IMG/VR virus record: IMGVR_UViG_3300014204_000146
Span: 26,592 to 90,591 of that record
DNA: 64,000 nucleotides
From: a virus
Taxonomy: Duplodnaviria; Caudoviricetes
Direction: 5' to 3' (one strand)
Shown here: in pieces, positions 30,301-40,275 of the stretch
How the letters are laid out: the number at the start of each line of letters is the position of its first letter
How positions within the stretch are numbered: the first letter of the stretch is position 1
Position numbers and translations under genes: made by a program
The notes under the pieces: generated by a model
What the model was told of the DNA's origin: nothing
The model's input: only the letters and a program-made list of their open reading frames with translations
The model's database searches: none

Positions 30301-31915
30301 TTTTTAAATATCTATCAGCATAAGCAGTAACATCTTCCCACCCTTTTGGAGCAGTTCCTGTATTTCTATATAAACAATGAGCATAGCCAGAAGGAGTAAT
30401 ATCACTACCTATTTTTTTGATAAAATTAAATGCCACGTTATCAACTTCCCAAGTATCGTGCGTTGACTCAGAACTAATTCCGATAACCGGATGTTTATGT
30501 ATTTTTGCAGTATTTCCGTTTCCTTGGTCAGAATCAATTCCTAAACTGGTATAAGGGTCTGTATAAAAACTATAGTTATGAGAATGAATTGAAGAAATTC
30601 CACTACCTAACGTACTTGTTCCTAAACGAATATAATACCCATCTAAATTTAACGACTCCCATCCAATAGGAACATCGGCTACATCTATCATTAAAATAGC
30701 TCCAAGCGGGAAAATATACTCATCAGTAAGACTGTTTTTATAAAATAATCTATATTTAGAATGACGAGGAACTACTTCAGAAGAATCTAAAGCTCCAGAA
30801 ACATAATGCTGATGGTCAATAAAAGTACTACATTCTTCATAATTATCGCCACAATTCCAATCATCACCAATAGACATATCTACATTCCCAGCAACACTAT
30901 GGTTGTGTTCAGTTGTTCCTCCAGTTTGCAAAGGAGTAGCATCAAATTTAATAAACCTTCCGTCATATGCTGTTTCTTCAGTCCATCCAATACCAGGATT
31001 GGTTGATTCATCATCCCAAAAAATACAAAGCCCTTCCGGGATTTTTATTCCTTTAAAATTAATAACAGAATCTATTGTTTTTTGTATTGTCTGAAAAAAT
31101 AAAATTATTGAATTTATCGTAGTTGAAAATGTCTCTATAGAAGATACACATTCATAACAGCCTATATCTGGAGCATCTCCTTCATAGTCTTCTATATATC
31201 CAGCAACCACAACTCCGGCATCTATACAGGGAGAATCGCTTTCTATTTCCGCAGAAGTAGCAGACACTAATTTTGGATTAGAAATTATATCACCAACTCC
31301 AGCACTAAATCCTAAAGTAGTGTTACCATAATAACAATTATATTGAGACGTAATAGAATCTGTTCCTCCATATTTCTCATATACTGTATTATTTCCCTTA
31401 AAAATACAATCCTTATGTTCTAATGTAATATTATAACCAGAAATTGCATGTTTACATCCCTGAATTGTAGACTTATAAATTTTTATATTAGCACTTTTAG
31501 CCGAATACCCTTGATAAAATGCTGCATAATTAGGATAATTGGAATTAGTTGAATATATTAATCCGCGAGCAAAAATAATAGACATAGAACCATCACTCCG
31601 AATTAAAGTATCAACCAATCCGACAACTATCGTTACGTCTAATACCGTAACCCCGCCAGCTTTAATTCTCCATAAATTTGTAGTTCCCGAAGTAGTAATT
31701 ATTACTTTGGTATAATCTTCAGAATAAGATTTAATAGTAATATTATAATAAATATCTGCCAGAGACGTTTCTGTATAGGTTCCATCTAAACAAATAACAA
31801 CATCTCCATTTGAAGTACAAGAAGAAATACCCTTTTTTATAGTTAGATATGGATTTTCTAAGCTACCGATTCCCGTAGTATCGTTTCCAGTTGGAGAAAT
31901 ATACCAATTTGCCAT
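27317..31915 (-). CDS. large multidomain tail/receptor-binding protein
   Basis: N-terminal YISPTGND...NPYLTI beta-helix; three collar-like W...GR(F/Y).....H.H repeats; F5/8-type discoidin (FYFEGSNDGTNWT.LD); tail-hub-like C-terminal part. Confidence 0.75.
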   Translation of the reverse strand: MANWYISPTGNDTTGIGSLENPYLTIKKGISSCTSNGDVVICLDGTYTETSLADIYYNITIKSYSEDYTKVIITTSGTTNLWRIKAGGVTVLDVTIVVGLVDTLIRSDGSMSIIFARGLIYSTNSNYPNYAAFYQGYSAKSANIKIYKSTIQGCKHAISGYNITLEHKDCIFKGNNTVYEKYGGTDSITSQYNCYYGNTTLGFSAGVGDIISNPKLVSATSAEIESDSPCIDAGVVVAGYIEDYEGDAPDIGCYECVSSIETFSTTINSIILFFQTIQKTIDSVINFKGIKIPEGLCIFWDDESTNPGIGWTEETAYDGRFIKFDATPLQTGGTTEHNHSVAGNVDMSIGDDWNCGDNYEECSTFIDHQHYVSGALDSSEVVPRHSKYRLFYKNSLTDEYIFPLGAILMIDVADVPIGWESLNLDGYYIRLGTSTLGSGISSIHSHNYSFYTDPYTSLGIDSDQGNGNTAKIHKHPVIGISSESTHDTWEVDNVAFNFIKKIGSDITPSGYAHCLYRNTGTAPKGWEDVTAYADRYLKIGNTIPTTGDQLDTGTLAQVTGITAHGGYYPDELYPASNSIDENESTYYSDKFYNGADSVRFLYLSLTAPRIVQRYKLTCKDSSTMYDFYFEGSNDGTNWTVLDTQTGLTWTTGETKTFDIANNDSYSYYMIKTQSTHWYGVRFAIAELRIYAKGEFDSHTISGDTGEEIETWGQGGYHNQGMMHHTHHYSLTSDTVDLWNYEPEYVTYRLMKCSLSAYSMFVGQFNIESDIRYVLDATRIEHLTSNIKFFNTDTQAIDSLSFFVNNQYIENIVSDIIFRVVGKKAHIPSDIKFILSKGLQNIYSGISFLNYISRTIISNVWFSMHRFAYLDSNVWFSGLIHTDLNSDIRFVKEYEGKFIHNGQLYIVTDTTPAKIIKVNIDDAIPTYNNQVLTQNKAKDLAINFSTEKGYIALDAGKVVKFDLSDLSSQTEFDLSDSSQMLNVINREDYRTTYIGTDEYHGELFVIDEASYGKINSSFDFLKEYYKTFKSYLSIIFGYKINVDFQFLKEGFSQIQSDLRFLTSPYTTPVLIKREDFSITLDGVALAAGDLILSSIEVSQLADERNTAVFELTRNHDNMDYTLAGVYSQITAKNSVIIYLQGLEIFSGKIEQLNCLGSGEKIKVSCKDTEDSQTQAMVKNLPLTSLNSQISPYDILLDDIEIYNPTPDASDEDYKGVMIDLGEYYVEGINVTQNPPANNGGAVEWEPSPDFGLSFEDIAEQVNAGTFKFEPGKEYFWFVSTTKYGFVLPEETPFAYVGTSLSSTTGDLFKITKATYGSQRSYLADSNGELGYYYIGQAPYKEVSCKNGFYKSIARWEDKTDGLYRVRNDSYNYVNYAKAVAAVEYRKLCGERITNNLTDMNINTLATGLVYPKTSASIKLTLDGYMFYELQLLNSINIVNTTQPNIYVNQNGFPLRIKGINISANAMQVVLTLDNTMTSTEIDKLTSITLEDGTVVPLNDDGYPEEPVVHTYNSIRYYRKLDLSTGEYVEDSED

Positions 31916-31916
31916 T

Positions 31917-32387
31917 TTAAGCTCCTACAACAAAATTACCATCTCTGTCTATTTGATAAATTATTTTATGATTGTTTCCAGCATTGTCATTCCACTGTAA
32001 TCCTAAAATAAAATAATTAAATACAACACCTTTTACTTGTGCTTGAGTAAAAACAACTCTGCGCCTTTTTGTATATATCAAACGAATATTATTTTTCGTA
32101 TCGAATTCGAATATTGGTTGTTTCTGCTGTTCCAAAAATAAATATTCCTGCAATGATTGATAACTACTAAAAATTAATCCATGTACCAAATCCACTATAA
32201 ATGCTTTGTTTTTCTTTCCATCATCTAAAATGAAATATTTTAAATCATTGAATCTCTGTTTCACTTCTTCAAAATGATTATCCATATTATCTTTTCCAAA
32301 TTGTGATAGATGGGTCTCATCTTTATATATTGCCAACCAAAAAAAACCAAATTCCTGCAAACATTTTTGTATTATATCGTTTTCCAT
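31917..32387 (-). CDS. hypothetical protein
   Basis: GAGG-like RBS before MENDIIQK. Confidence 0.6.
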   Translation of the reverse strand: MENDIIQKCLQEFGFFWLAIYKDETHLSQFGKDNMDNHFEEVKQRFNDLKYFILDDGKKNKAFIVDLVHGLIFSSYQSLQEYLFLEQQKQPIFEFDTKNNIRLIYTKRRRVVFTQAQVKGVVFNYFILGLQWNDNAGNNHKIIYQIDRDGNFVVGA

Positions 32388-32464
32388 TTGAATTCCCTCA
32401 ATAAAGTGGTTTAATATTGTATTATGTTCCCACAAAAAACATTGAATTGTCTATTCTTTATTTT

Positions 32465-32947
32465 TTACTGCTCGTCCCACTGAACCGTAAGAGTTTTTTG
32501 ATTTCCTGCTCCAGTAGGTGTAGAAATTGTCGAAGTTGTCTGAGCTACGATATATTTAGAATATCCAGCAGTAGTAAATTTAGTGGCAGTGCCTTCAGTA
32601 GACTCAATATCCAAAGCACTTCCTACAGAAGTTGGAATAGCCGAAACAGCAACAATCGAAGTAGTAACAACAGGAGTCGCGAAAGCTTGATTCGTTATTG
32701 CATTGATAACTTCTCCTGTTAACAATGTTCCTGCCGATTTCCAAATCTTCATATTACTCAGCTCTGTAAAAGAACCTCCTACCTTAACTCTAAAATACTT
32801 TTCATATGAATTTTCTCCAATCACGATAGGATAAGAAGAGGTATTCAGATTTGGAGCATCAGTACTTCCAAAATTAAGATTAGTTAAAGAATCAGTTACG
32901 CTTTCTCCAGCACCATTTGATTCGCTAAATGTAATTACTGCACTCAT
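32465..32947 (-). CDS. putative minor tail protein
   Basis: Ser/Thr-rich beta-strand sequence; operon position. Confidence 0.55.
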   Translation of the reverse strand: MSAVITFSESNGAGESVTDSLTNLNFGSTDAPNLNTSSYPIVIGENSYEKYFRVKVGGSFTELSNMKIWKSAGTLLTGEVINAITNQAFATPVVTTSIVAVSAIPTSVGSALDIESTEGTATKFTTAGYSKYIVAQTTSTISTPTGAGNQKTLTVQWDEQ

Positions 32948-32989
32948 AGTTATTTTCCTCCTTTTTCAATATTTTGTTCTATTATCTTT

Positions 32990-33568
32990 TTAACTTAATG
33001 TCCAAGATGTAAAATCATAAAACAATCCACTCAATAAAAAAACTTTTGTCAAAACTGAAGTAGTTGATAAATTAGATACTACCCAAATATCTCCATTAAA
33101 GTCTATATCTATTTTTTTTGCATTTTCTACCAACGTTCCAGATTTTGTTAAACTGATAGTAGTGATATAACTTAAATCAGATTTTTGAATTATTACAATC
33201 TTTGTTGGACTTCCAGCAATCAAAAAATAAATATAATTAGAATCGGCAACAATATCCACTACTTTCTCTGTTATACCAGCAGGAAGATTAATCCATGTAG
33301 CTGTACTTGTCGTTGTTTTATGAATCTGTTTTGCTAAATAAATATCGTCTTCCATGCCTACATATAGATAATCTCCAGAAATATATAAGGAGGTTATCTC
33401 ATCAACATCAAGTTCTATATCCACCAATTTTACATCGGGGGAGGAAGCTTCTACCTGATGAAGATGACAAAAATCACTTCTGCGCTTATAAGACAGCCAA
33501 AGATACGGGTCATCTAAACAAAGCGCTGTAATTTGTTTTTCTGGGCGATATTCGAATTTTGTATTCAT
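32990..33568 (-). CDS. putative minor tail protein (beta-propeller-like)
   Basis: Repeated xLxxDxxYLY/IY blades. Confidence 0.5.
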   Translation of the reverse strand: MNTKFEYRPEKQITALCLDDPYLWLSYKRRSDFCHLHQVEASSPDVKLVDIELDVDEITSLYISGDYLYVGMEDDIYLAKQIHKTTTSTATWINLPAGITEKVVDIVADSNYIYFLIAGSPTKIVIIQKSDLSYITTISLTKSGTLVENAKKIDIDFNGDIWVVSNLSTTSVLTKVFLLSGLFYDFTSWTLS

Positions 33569-33583
33569 ATTTTCCTTATAAAA

Positions 33584-34216
33584 TTAATTTGAACAATACT
33601 TTACAACAAAAACAGGAGATTCGCTTCCACCATATTGAAAACTTGCAGGAATAACTACCTTTAAGTTGCAATACAAAGTACCGGCAACAGACAGCGCTCC
33701 ATTTTCATCGTTCAAATATAAAAAATGACCGTCTTCACTTCCTGCCAAATTACTTCCTACCCAATCAGCTCCTGGAGTAGCAGCAGTAGTCGTTATACCT
33801 TTTATCCACGAATTATCGGCATTATCATCTCCAAGACATTTTAAATCAATAGAATCCATATCTTCATCATCCCAAACTTCCAAAACTGGTTCGCTGGCAG
33901 TCGCGCCATCAAAATAAAATCCTAATACATATCGTTTATCTTTATTCCCCATGTTGTGAATTTCTTTTAATAAGTTTGCAGAAACATCAGCAAGAAAATA
34001 TTTTGCCACCGTTACCGCAACCGTAGAAATTAAAGTTCCCGCTTGCGTTAGCTGTGTAGCCGATGGAATAACTTCTCCATCTTTTACAGTATCACTTCCA
34101 GCAGAAAAAATTAATGAATCGGTAGATAGCGCCATCAACGTCCAATCAATGCCAGATGACGGATAAGGAAAATCTTGTGTATCTGTGTTTACATATACAC
34201 TTAATTGTGTTGACAT
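33584..34216 (-). CDS. putative minor tail protein
   Basis: Operon position after the distal-tail-like gene. Confidence 0.55.
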   Translation of the reverse strand: MSTQLSVYVNTDTQDFPYPSSGIDWTLMALSTDSLIFSAGSDTVKDGEVIPSATQLTQAGTLISTVAVTVAKYFLADVSANLLKEIHNMGNKDKRYVLGFYFDGATASEPVLEVWDDEDMDSIDLKCLGDDNADNSWIKGITTTAATPGADWVGSNLAGSEDGHFLYLNDENGALSVAGTLYCNLKVVIPASFQYGGSESPVFVVKYCSN

Positions 34217-34291
34217 AAATTTATTCCTCCATTTATTTGCTTTCTATAAAATTCTATCCAATAAATCCTATTAAAAGTTGTTTTCATATTT

Positions 34292-34696
34292 TTACCAACA
34301 CCCGGCTCTAAAAATTATAGTACATTCTTGATAATCTGTTCTCAATCCTTCTGCATATTCTATTGCGCTTATTCTTTTTACATTATAAGTGTAGTAAGTA
34401 GACGCTGTTTTATTGATTGATAGTACATATGGTGTATTGAGCACAATTGATGATTCTAATGTATCAATCAGAGCTGTCAATGCTTCATAATTCGCAGCTA
34501 CCAATACAAATTTAATTGTCAAATCCCACGAATTCTCACCTGCATCACTGATAACAGAACCTTTTCCTCTTAAATTAGTATGTTCAACGAACAATTTAGA
34601 AGAATGAGGATAATTTGCTGACTGTACCAATGGAAATGTATATACTAACGTACTGCCATTGGAAGCATATAATCGAAAATAAACTGGTATACTCAT
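34292..34696 (-). CDS. distal tail protein-like
   Basis: Directly downstream of tape measure; 134 aa beta-rich. Confidence 0.5.
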   Translation of the reverse strand: MSIPVYFRLYASNGSTLVYTFPLVQSANYPHSSKLFVEHTNLRGKGSVISDAGENSWDLTIKFVLVAANYEALTALIDTLESSIVLNTPYVLSINKTASTYYTYNVKRISAIEYAEGLRTDYQECTIIFRAGCW

Positions 34697-34707
34697 GTTA
34701 TTTCTCC

Positions 34708-37317
34708 TTAATATTTCTCTATAATGTCTTCTACAGCTTTATACATAGGAGACCCAGGACTGGTCAGTCCTTTTTGAATTTCATTGTTCATTTCAGTTAC
34801 TGATTTTTTTAAATCTTCTGTTGTTTTTACCTCTCCAGATAAATTTACATCTATCTTACATTCAAGAGCTAAAGTACTTTTCTTTTCCTGTGTAGATTTA
34901 GAAGTGCTGCCATCAACACCGCTCAAAGAAGATATTTTTTTATTTTTAGATGATTCTGCACCACTTGTTGTACCTCCACTGATTGAATATTTACTTATTA
35001 ACGAAGTCAAAGAATCTAAACTGGAAGTATTTGTAGGCATAATCAAATTTCTCAGATAAGAATTATATTTATAAAATTCATTAGCTTGATAGGTTTTATA
35101 TGTATCAGCAAATTCTGTTTTAAATACTTCCAACGCATCTTTATCAAGACCTTTTATTCCTCCCCATCTTCCCTGTAAAGCTCCGGCAATATCTATAGCA
35201 GTACTCTCTCCATATTTCTGAGCAACTTCATATATTTTCATTGCATCAGAAGATATTTTATTCTGATTTAATTTTTCTTTAGAAATCGCCATCTCCATAT
35301 CTAACTTTCTTTTTAATTTATCACCTTCTTGGTCAATTAATCCAAGAGCATCATGAAGTCTCGCTTCTTGTTCTAATAGTGTTCTTTCAGATGCGCCTCT
35401 GATAGTTAACTTTTCCATTTCATTTTTAATTATTATTTCCGTCAATTTTATTTCCTCAGCCTTAGAAGCTTCACTGGCAGCTACTTCATCTTTTACCGCT
35501 TTAATGCCATCTAAACGAGCTTTGACTCTTTTATTTGTTTCAGCTCCTTGTTCTTTCTCTAATTCAATAAGTTCTTTTTGTTTTTTTTCGTAATCTGAAT
35601 ATAGTTTTTTTACCATCGGGTCTGATTTTAATAAATTACCCAAAAATCCACCGGCTTCTATCGGAGCAATATCATTGACCAATGACTGTATCTCATCTTC
35701 TAATTTTTCTCTTTTTGGCTGAAATTCTAATAATATTTCTCGTACTACCGACCGAGTAGTAAAAATTTTAAACGTCTCATCTAATTTCTTATTAGCAGCA
35801 TCTATATCTTTTGTATCTATAGAAATTAAAATAGAGGAACTATTTTTTAATTTTTCAATTGCTTTAGTAATTGTATCTAACATCTGATTATTCGCTGGAG
35901 TAGAAGCTGCCTTAGAATACGATTCTCTTAATTTTAACAATTCTTTTAAATTTACAATTTCTGATTTTCCTTTTTCTATTTCAGTAGATTGTTGAGCATA
36001 TTGTTTAGTCAATTCTGCTCGATATAAAGCATATTTATTTACTAAAGCTGCGAATCCAAGCACTAACGCATTAACAGCATCTATCTTAGCTTTAAACACG
36101 TCTGTGTTTGCTATAGCTGTAGTCAATAAATTCCACGAAGCTGTTAATTGTTTTTGTTTATAAGCAGTAGTTTCTGAAATAATTCCTAATGCTTTTTCTG
36201 CCTGTCCAGCAGAAGAAAGAGAAGCAATACGAGCTAATAATGCGTTGTTATAATTTTGCATCATAGCCAAAAACGAAGTCATCTGCCGTTTTGATGCTAT
36301 ACCTGTAGCAATATCTAATTTCTGTTTTTCTGTTAAAGTGCTCCACTTAGCAGCAACATCATCTAAAATATCTCCAGCATTTCTATAAGCACCAGTAACC
36401 TGATTTGTGGCTTTGCCAGTCGCATCCATATATATAGGAACTCTCGCAATCTGTTCAATTGTTTGCTTTCCAGTCGTCAAGATACGAGCATACATAAATT
36501 GCAAAGAGTTTCCTGCTTCACTTCCTGATTTCCTGGTTACTTCTATAATACCAGTAACATGACCAAGGAAAGAATCAATTGATATTCCTAACTGATTTGC
36601 TGTAGCCCCAGCTCTTTTTGTAGCATCTGCCAAATCTTGAGCCGTAACAGCGAACTGTCTTTCAACATTTATCCACTTATCAACTACGGATATACTATTC
36701 TCAACCGGAATAGCAAATCCTTCAACCGCAGCAGTCAAATTATCTACAGTTGTTTTTAAATCAGCCCCTAAAACATTTGCAGCTACCATTGCTATTCTGG
36801 TGAGTTGAATAGTTTCAGCCACTGTACGTCCTTGTTGTGCAAATATTTTTGCAGCTTCCATTGCTTCAGATGCAGAAGTTCCATAAGCTTGAGCTAAAGC
36901 AACTAAAGCAGTTTTCATATGAGTATATTCTTCGGCTGTTCCTTTTCCTACTATTTGAATATGAGCCAATGCTGTTTCCATTTCAATCAAAAATTTACCT
37001 TGGTCTTTAATCAAATTAAAAACCGCTTGCATAGCAGCGCGCATAGCCATCCAGACCGGAGCAACAATCAAGGCTCTTCGCATTGCTAAACCAAATTCAT
37101 TCATAACAGATTTTGATTTGGTTATTTTTCCATTAACAACATCAGAAGCCTGTCCAATAGTATTAAAATCCTGAACCGTAGCATCATGTCTCGCAGAATC
37201 CCATTTAATGCTGTTTAGAGAAGTATCTACCTTATCAATGTCAGAAGTAACTTTCTCTGCACCAACAGATTGATAGATAATATTTATAAGATTATTAAAA
37301 TTTGCCCCCAAAGCCAT
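34708..37317 (-). CDS. tail tape measure protein
   Basis: 869 aa helical, Ala-rich; AMRRAL..., FAVTAQDLADA, SGSEAGNSL TP901-like core. Confidence 0.9.
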   Translation of the reverse strand: MALGANFNNLINIIYQSVGAEKVTSDIDKVDTSLNSIKWDSARHDATVQDFNTIGQASDVVNGKITKSKSVMNEFGLAMRRALIVAPVWMAMRAAMQAVFNLIKDQGKFLIEMETALAHIQIVGKGTAEEYTHMKTALVALAQAYGTSASEAMEAAKIFAQQGRTVAETIQLTRIAMVAANVLGADLKTTVDNLTAAVEGFAIPVENSISVVDKWINVERQFAVTAQDLADATKRAGATANQLGISIDSFLGHVTGIIEVTRKSGSEAGNSLQFMYARILTTGKQTIEQIARVPIYMDATGKATNQVTGAYRNAGDILDDVAAKWSTLTEKQKLDIATGIASKRQMTSFLAMMQNYNNALLARIASLSSAGQAEKALGIISETTAYKQKQLTASWNLLTTAIANTDVFKAKIDAVNALVLGFAALVNKYALYRAELTKQYAQQSTEIEKGKSEIVNLKELLKLRESYSKAASTPANNQMLDTITKAIEKLKNSSSILISIDTKDIDAANKKLDETFKIFTTRSVVREILLEFQPKREKLEDEIQSLVNDIAPIEAGGFLGNLLKSDPMVKKLYSDYEKKQKELIELEKEQGAETNKRVKARLDGIKAVKDEVAASEASKAEEIKLTEIIIKNEMEKLTIRGASERTLLEQEARLHDALGLIDQEGDKLKRKLDMEMAISKEKLNQNKISSDAMKIYEVAQKYGESTAIDIAGALQGRWGGIKGLDKDALEVFKTEFADTYKTYQANEFYKYNSYLRNLIMPTNTSSLDSLTSLISKYSISGGTTSGAESSKNKKISSLSGVDGSTSKSTQEKKSTLALECKIDVNLSGEVKTTEDLKKSVTEMNNEIQKGLTSPGSPMYKAVEDIIEKY

Positions 37318-37326
37318 GATAGTCTC

Positions 37327-37668
37327 CTACGCTACTTTCTTTTTAGAAGAAGTACACATTAAATAAAGGTCTGGAGCTTTTTTATCTAAAGACTTGTTAG
37401 TCTTTTTAGGAGTAGATTCCTTCTTCCATTCCTTATAAGCGTCTTCATAAATAAAATCTGACAAAATTACCTTGTCTACTTCTTTCATTTCAATATCTAT
37501 CAATATATCGTTATAAAAATAAAGATAATGTAAATACAAACTTTGAAGTCTCGTAAAATCTATCGAATTTCTGAATAAACAAATACCGTTAATCTCTTTT
37601 GCTGCAATAAAGAGATTCATCGAATTTGTTCTTTTAGCAATCTGTCTAATCAATTCTTCAGCCTTCAT
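37327..37668 (-). CDS. tail assembly chaperone-like protein
   Basis: Between chaperone and tape measure; own ATG right after the upstream stop. Confidence 0.5.
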   Translation of the reverse strand: MKAEELIRQIAKRTNSMNLFIAAKEINGICLFRNSIDFTRLQSLYLHYLYFYNDILIDIEMKEVDKVILSDFIYEDAYKEWKKESTPKKTNKSLDKKAPDLYLMCTSSKKKVA

Positions 37669-37669
37669 A

Positions 37670-38320
37670 TTAAAAAGTATATTGGATAAGCATTGTTCTA
37701 TAAGCAGCTTCAGCAATAAGTTTCTCATCCAGACAATTTCTAAATTCTTCAAATGTTGGAAAAGCCTTTTTCCAATCATCTCCTATTTTTATGTCTAATA
37801 CTAAATAAGTCATTACTTGAGTAACATAATCAAATAATTTATTTTCAAGAGAATCAACCAATAAATTGCTCTTTTTAATAACCAATATTCGGATTTGTTC
37901 ATCACATGCTACAATATTATTTCTATAAGTCATCAATATCGCTTTGTCTATTTTTGAAGAAAGTGCTTCTCCTAATTTCATATTATAACTTTTCTTTTCT
38001 TGTTCGAGTTTAGAAATTTGTTCTTCTAATTCTTGAATATCTATTCCTCGTTCCTTGTATAACAATTTCCAATCTTTTTCAAGTAAGATATCTTTATCTT
38101 TAAAAAGTTGAGCAAACTTTCTACTTCGCAAATCATTCAGTTCTTCACGTTCTATTCCGGTTAAAAGACGAACGCGATATAAAGTATCATTGTGTTTGAA
38201 TTCTATCTTATTGTCTTTTATCATTTCTTCAAGCAAGCTCATATCATGGGAATTCATTAAATCTTGAAGCATCTTTTTCGCTTCTTCTTCTTTTAAAGGT
38301 TGTTTTATATTATTTTCCAT
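37670..38320 (-). CDS. tail assembly chaperone-like protein
   Basis: Position between tail tube and tape measure; coiled coil. Confidence 0.5.
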   Translation of the reverse strand: MENNIKQPLKEEEAKKMLQDLMNSHDMSLLEEMIKDNKIEFKHNDTLYRVRLLTGIEREELNDLRSRKFAQLFKDKDILLEKDWKLLYKERGIDIQELEEQISKLEQEKKSYNMKLGEALSSKIDKAILMTYRNNIVACDEQIRILVIKKSNLLVDSLENKLFDYVTQVMTYLVLDIKIGDDWKKAFPTFEEFRNCLDEKLIAEAAYRTMLIQYTF

Positions 38321-38321
38321 T

Positions 38322-38567
38322 TTATTGCTCCTTACTTTGTTTGGTTACGGAAAGATGAATAGCTTCTTTTCCAAGCCCATACGCTACCAATAATGATTTT
38401 AAATTTCTCGATTTTTCATACAAAAGTTCTTTTATTTGCTGCTTTAAAATATCTCTATCTGAAATTGTTTCAAAGCGCTTCATGGCTTCTCCAACGGTAG
38501 CAATAGAATGGTCTTTTAGGATTTGTTCCAGATGGTCTAAAGTTATATTCAAATTTTTGTTTTCCAT
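38322..38567 (-). CDS. hypothetical protein
   Basis: GAGGAG RBS. Confidence 0.6.
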   Translation of the reverse strand: MENKNLNITLDHLEQILKDHSIATVGEAMKRFETISDRDILKQQIKELLYEKSRNLKSLLVAYGLGKEAIHLSVTKQSKEQ

Positions 38568-38578
38568 ATTCTCCTCAC

Positions 38579-38629
38579 AAAAAAAGCAGACAAAAAGCCA
38601 TCGACTCAGTCAACGCTTCTAATCTGCTT
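38579..38629 (-). terminator. nested hairpin followed by U-run upstream of the 38567 gene
   Basis: Minus strand AAGCAGA...AAGC-GTTGAC-TGA-GTCGAT-G-GCTT...TCTGCTT then TTTT. Confidence 0.55.
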
Positions 38630-38682
38630 ATAAAATATATGAATAAATTATAGTTTTTCATTTTCCTCACCATACCAGTGTT

Positions 38683-38721
38683 AAAGGGAGAGCGCCAGGT
38701 TAGTTCCTGGGGCTCTCCTTT
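38683..38721 (-). terminator. GC-rich hairpin after the tail tube gene
   Basis: GGAGAGC-CCCAGG/CCTGG-C-GCTCTCC, 7 nt after the stop. Confidence 0.6.
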
Positions 38722-38727
38722 GATTCT

Positions 38728-39954
38728 TTATAAATCAGTTTCGTCTGTCGTAGCCAACCAATTATCAGATTCAAGAGTGTTGCTTTTTGTTTTAAAGTCT
38801 TCAATCTTATCTCCAGTATTCAAAGCAGTAGGAGACAAATCAGTAATTTTATATCCCATCGAAAATGTACTGTGGGTAGAGTCGGTAAATATTTTTACAA
38901 TCAAAGAAATATCAGAAGATAGATTCCGCGAATCTATAAGAGGATAAACAGAAGTATCTCTCAATATTTCTTCAATAGTGAAATCATCCATTGTATCGCC
39001 CAAAGTAACAGTAACAGTTTTTGATTTTACTGAAGTAGAAACTATTTCAGCATTTCCTATTTCTGAAAAATCTGCTCTATCGAATTTAATATCGATTCCA
39101 ACACTCTGAAGTCGATATATTTTCTGAGCAGAGCCAGAACCAACCTTTAAATAAATTTCAGTACAGTTGGCATATAAAGCTGCTGCATCTGAATCATTGT
39201 CCGTCCACAGTGTAGTATATGCTGTTGCTGTTGGGAAAAAAACCTTTATCGTATCAGCTGCCAAACAAGTTTTTACAGTAACCAATTTTGTAGAATTACT
39301 ATAGCTCCAAGTATCATTTCCTGCAAGAGCATCTTCTACAAGTTCTGTAGCAACTCCAGCTCGAACTCTCACAACCCTCAAAATATAATCTCCAGCAGCA
39401 TATAAAATCGGGTCAGGAGTACATGTAACTGTCTTATCTCCAGGAGAAGAAACCGTTGCAGTAACATATGAAAAATATTTTCCTACACCAGCAGCTTCAA
39501 TAATTTTATAATCTTCTCCAACCAAATCCCATGTTCTTTCAACAATAGCATCGGGATTAGCAATATTTATAGAAAATCCACTCACCCTCAATTTAGGGAA
39601 CCAAATAGTACCTCTGAATGTATTTGCTTCGTCAGTAAGATACGCAGTTATTTCAGAAAAAGAAGATTTCAAATCGTCTAAATCAACAATCGTACTCTCT
39701 CCTGAGCCGGGATTGTCCATTCCAGCTAATCGTCTAAAAAAACTTAAATTACCATATTCATACTGGGTAGCTTTATAAGCAAATGAAGGTCTATCTTTCT
39801 TAACCGCCATCTTTCCATCTCTACCCATTTCATACAGCTTGGTCTGATTTAATTTCTGGTCGCCAGATACATCCTGTAACCTATCAATCTGTTCAGGAAC
39901 AGCACTACCATTCCAAGGAAAAATACGCAACTTCGTTGCTTTTGAGTGAATCAT
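38728..39954 (-). CDS. major tail (tube) protein
   Basis: 408 aa with GGAGG RBS, between tail completion genes and chaperones; internal beta-rich insertion. Confidence 0.7.
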   Translation of the reverse strand: MIHSKATKLRIFPWNGSAVPEQIDRLQDVSGDQKLNQTKLYEMGRDGKMAVKKDRPSFAYKATQYEYGNLSFFRRLAGMDNPGSGESTIVDLDDLKSSFSEITAYLTDEANTFRGTIWFPKLRVSGFSINIANPDAIVERTWDLVGEDYKIIEAAGVGKYFSYVTATVSSPGDKTVTCTPDPILYAAGDYILRVVRVRAGVATELVEDALAGNDTWSYSNSTKLVTVKTCLAADTIKVFFPTATAYTTLWTDNDSDAAALYANCTEIYLKVGSGSAQKIYRLQSVGIDIKFDRADFSEIGNAEIVSTSVKSKTVTVTLGDTMDDFTIEEILRDTSVYPLIDSRNLSSDISLIVKIFTDSTHSTFSMGYKITDLSPTALNTGDKIEDFKTKSNTLESDNWLATTDETDL

Positions 39955-40040
39955 CGTTCAGTCCTCCTATGACTAATTAATGATATGTATATTTTTTCTC
40001 TTCTTAGAAAAAATATTATCTGTCTTTACAATGCCAAAAT

Positions 40041-40256
40041 TTAACCGTGATTAGCTTTACATGTTCCTTCTATTTTGGCAATTCTTTCTCCATGTATGTC
40101 TATCTTATTCTCTATCCTCAACAAAGTATCCTTTTGTTCTTTCTGATTTTTTTCTATATGAGCCATATCATTGAATTTTACTACCAACCAAATAGCAGCA
40201 TTAAATCCTGCGAGTATAAGAGTCGTTCCACTGAAAATAACCGACCAAAAATCCAT
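40041..40256 (-). CDS. holin/XhlA-like small membrane protein
   Basis: N-terminal TM helix plus coiled coil ending RIAKIEG. Confidence 0.5.
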   Translation of the reverse strand: MDFWSVIFSGTTLILAGFNAAIWLVVKFNDMAHIEKNQKEQKDTLLRIENKIDIHGERIAKIEGTCKANHG

Positions 40257-40275
40257 ATTAACTCCTCCTTATTGA

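Noticed and set aside
37327-37779. Programmed frameshift joining the two tail chaperone ORFs (G/GT-like)
   Set aside because: The overlapping open frame is +1, not -1, near GGAAAAAG, and the downstream ORF has its own ATG immediately after the upstream stop.
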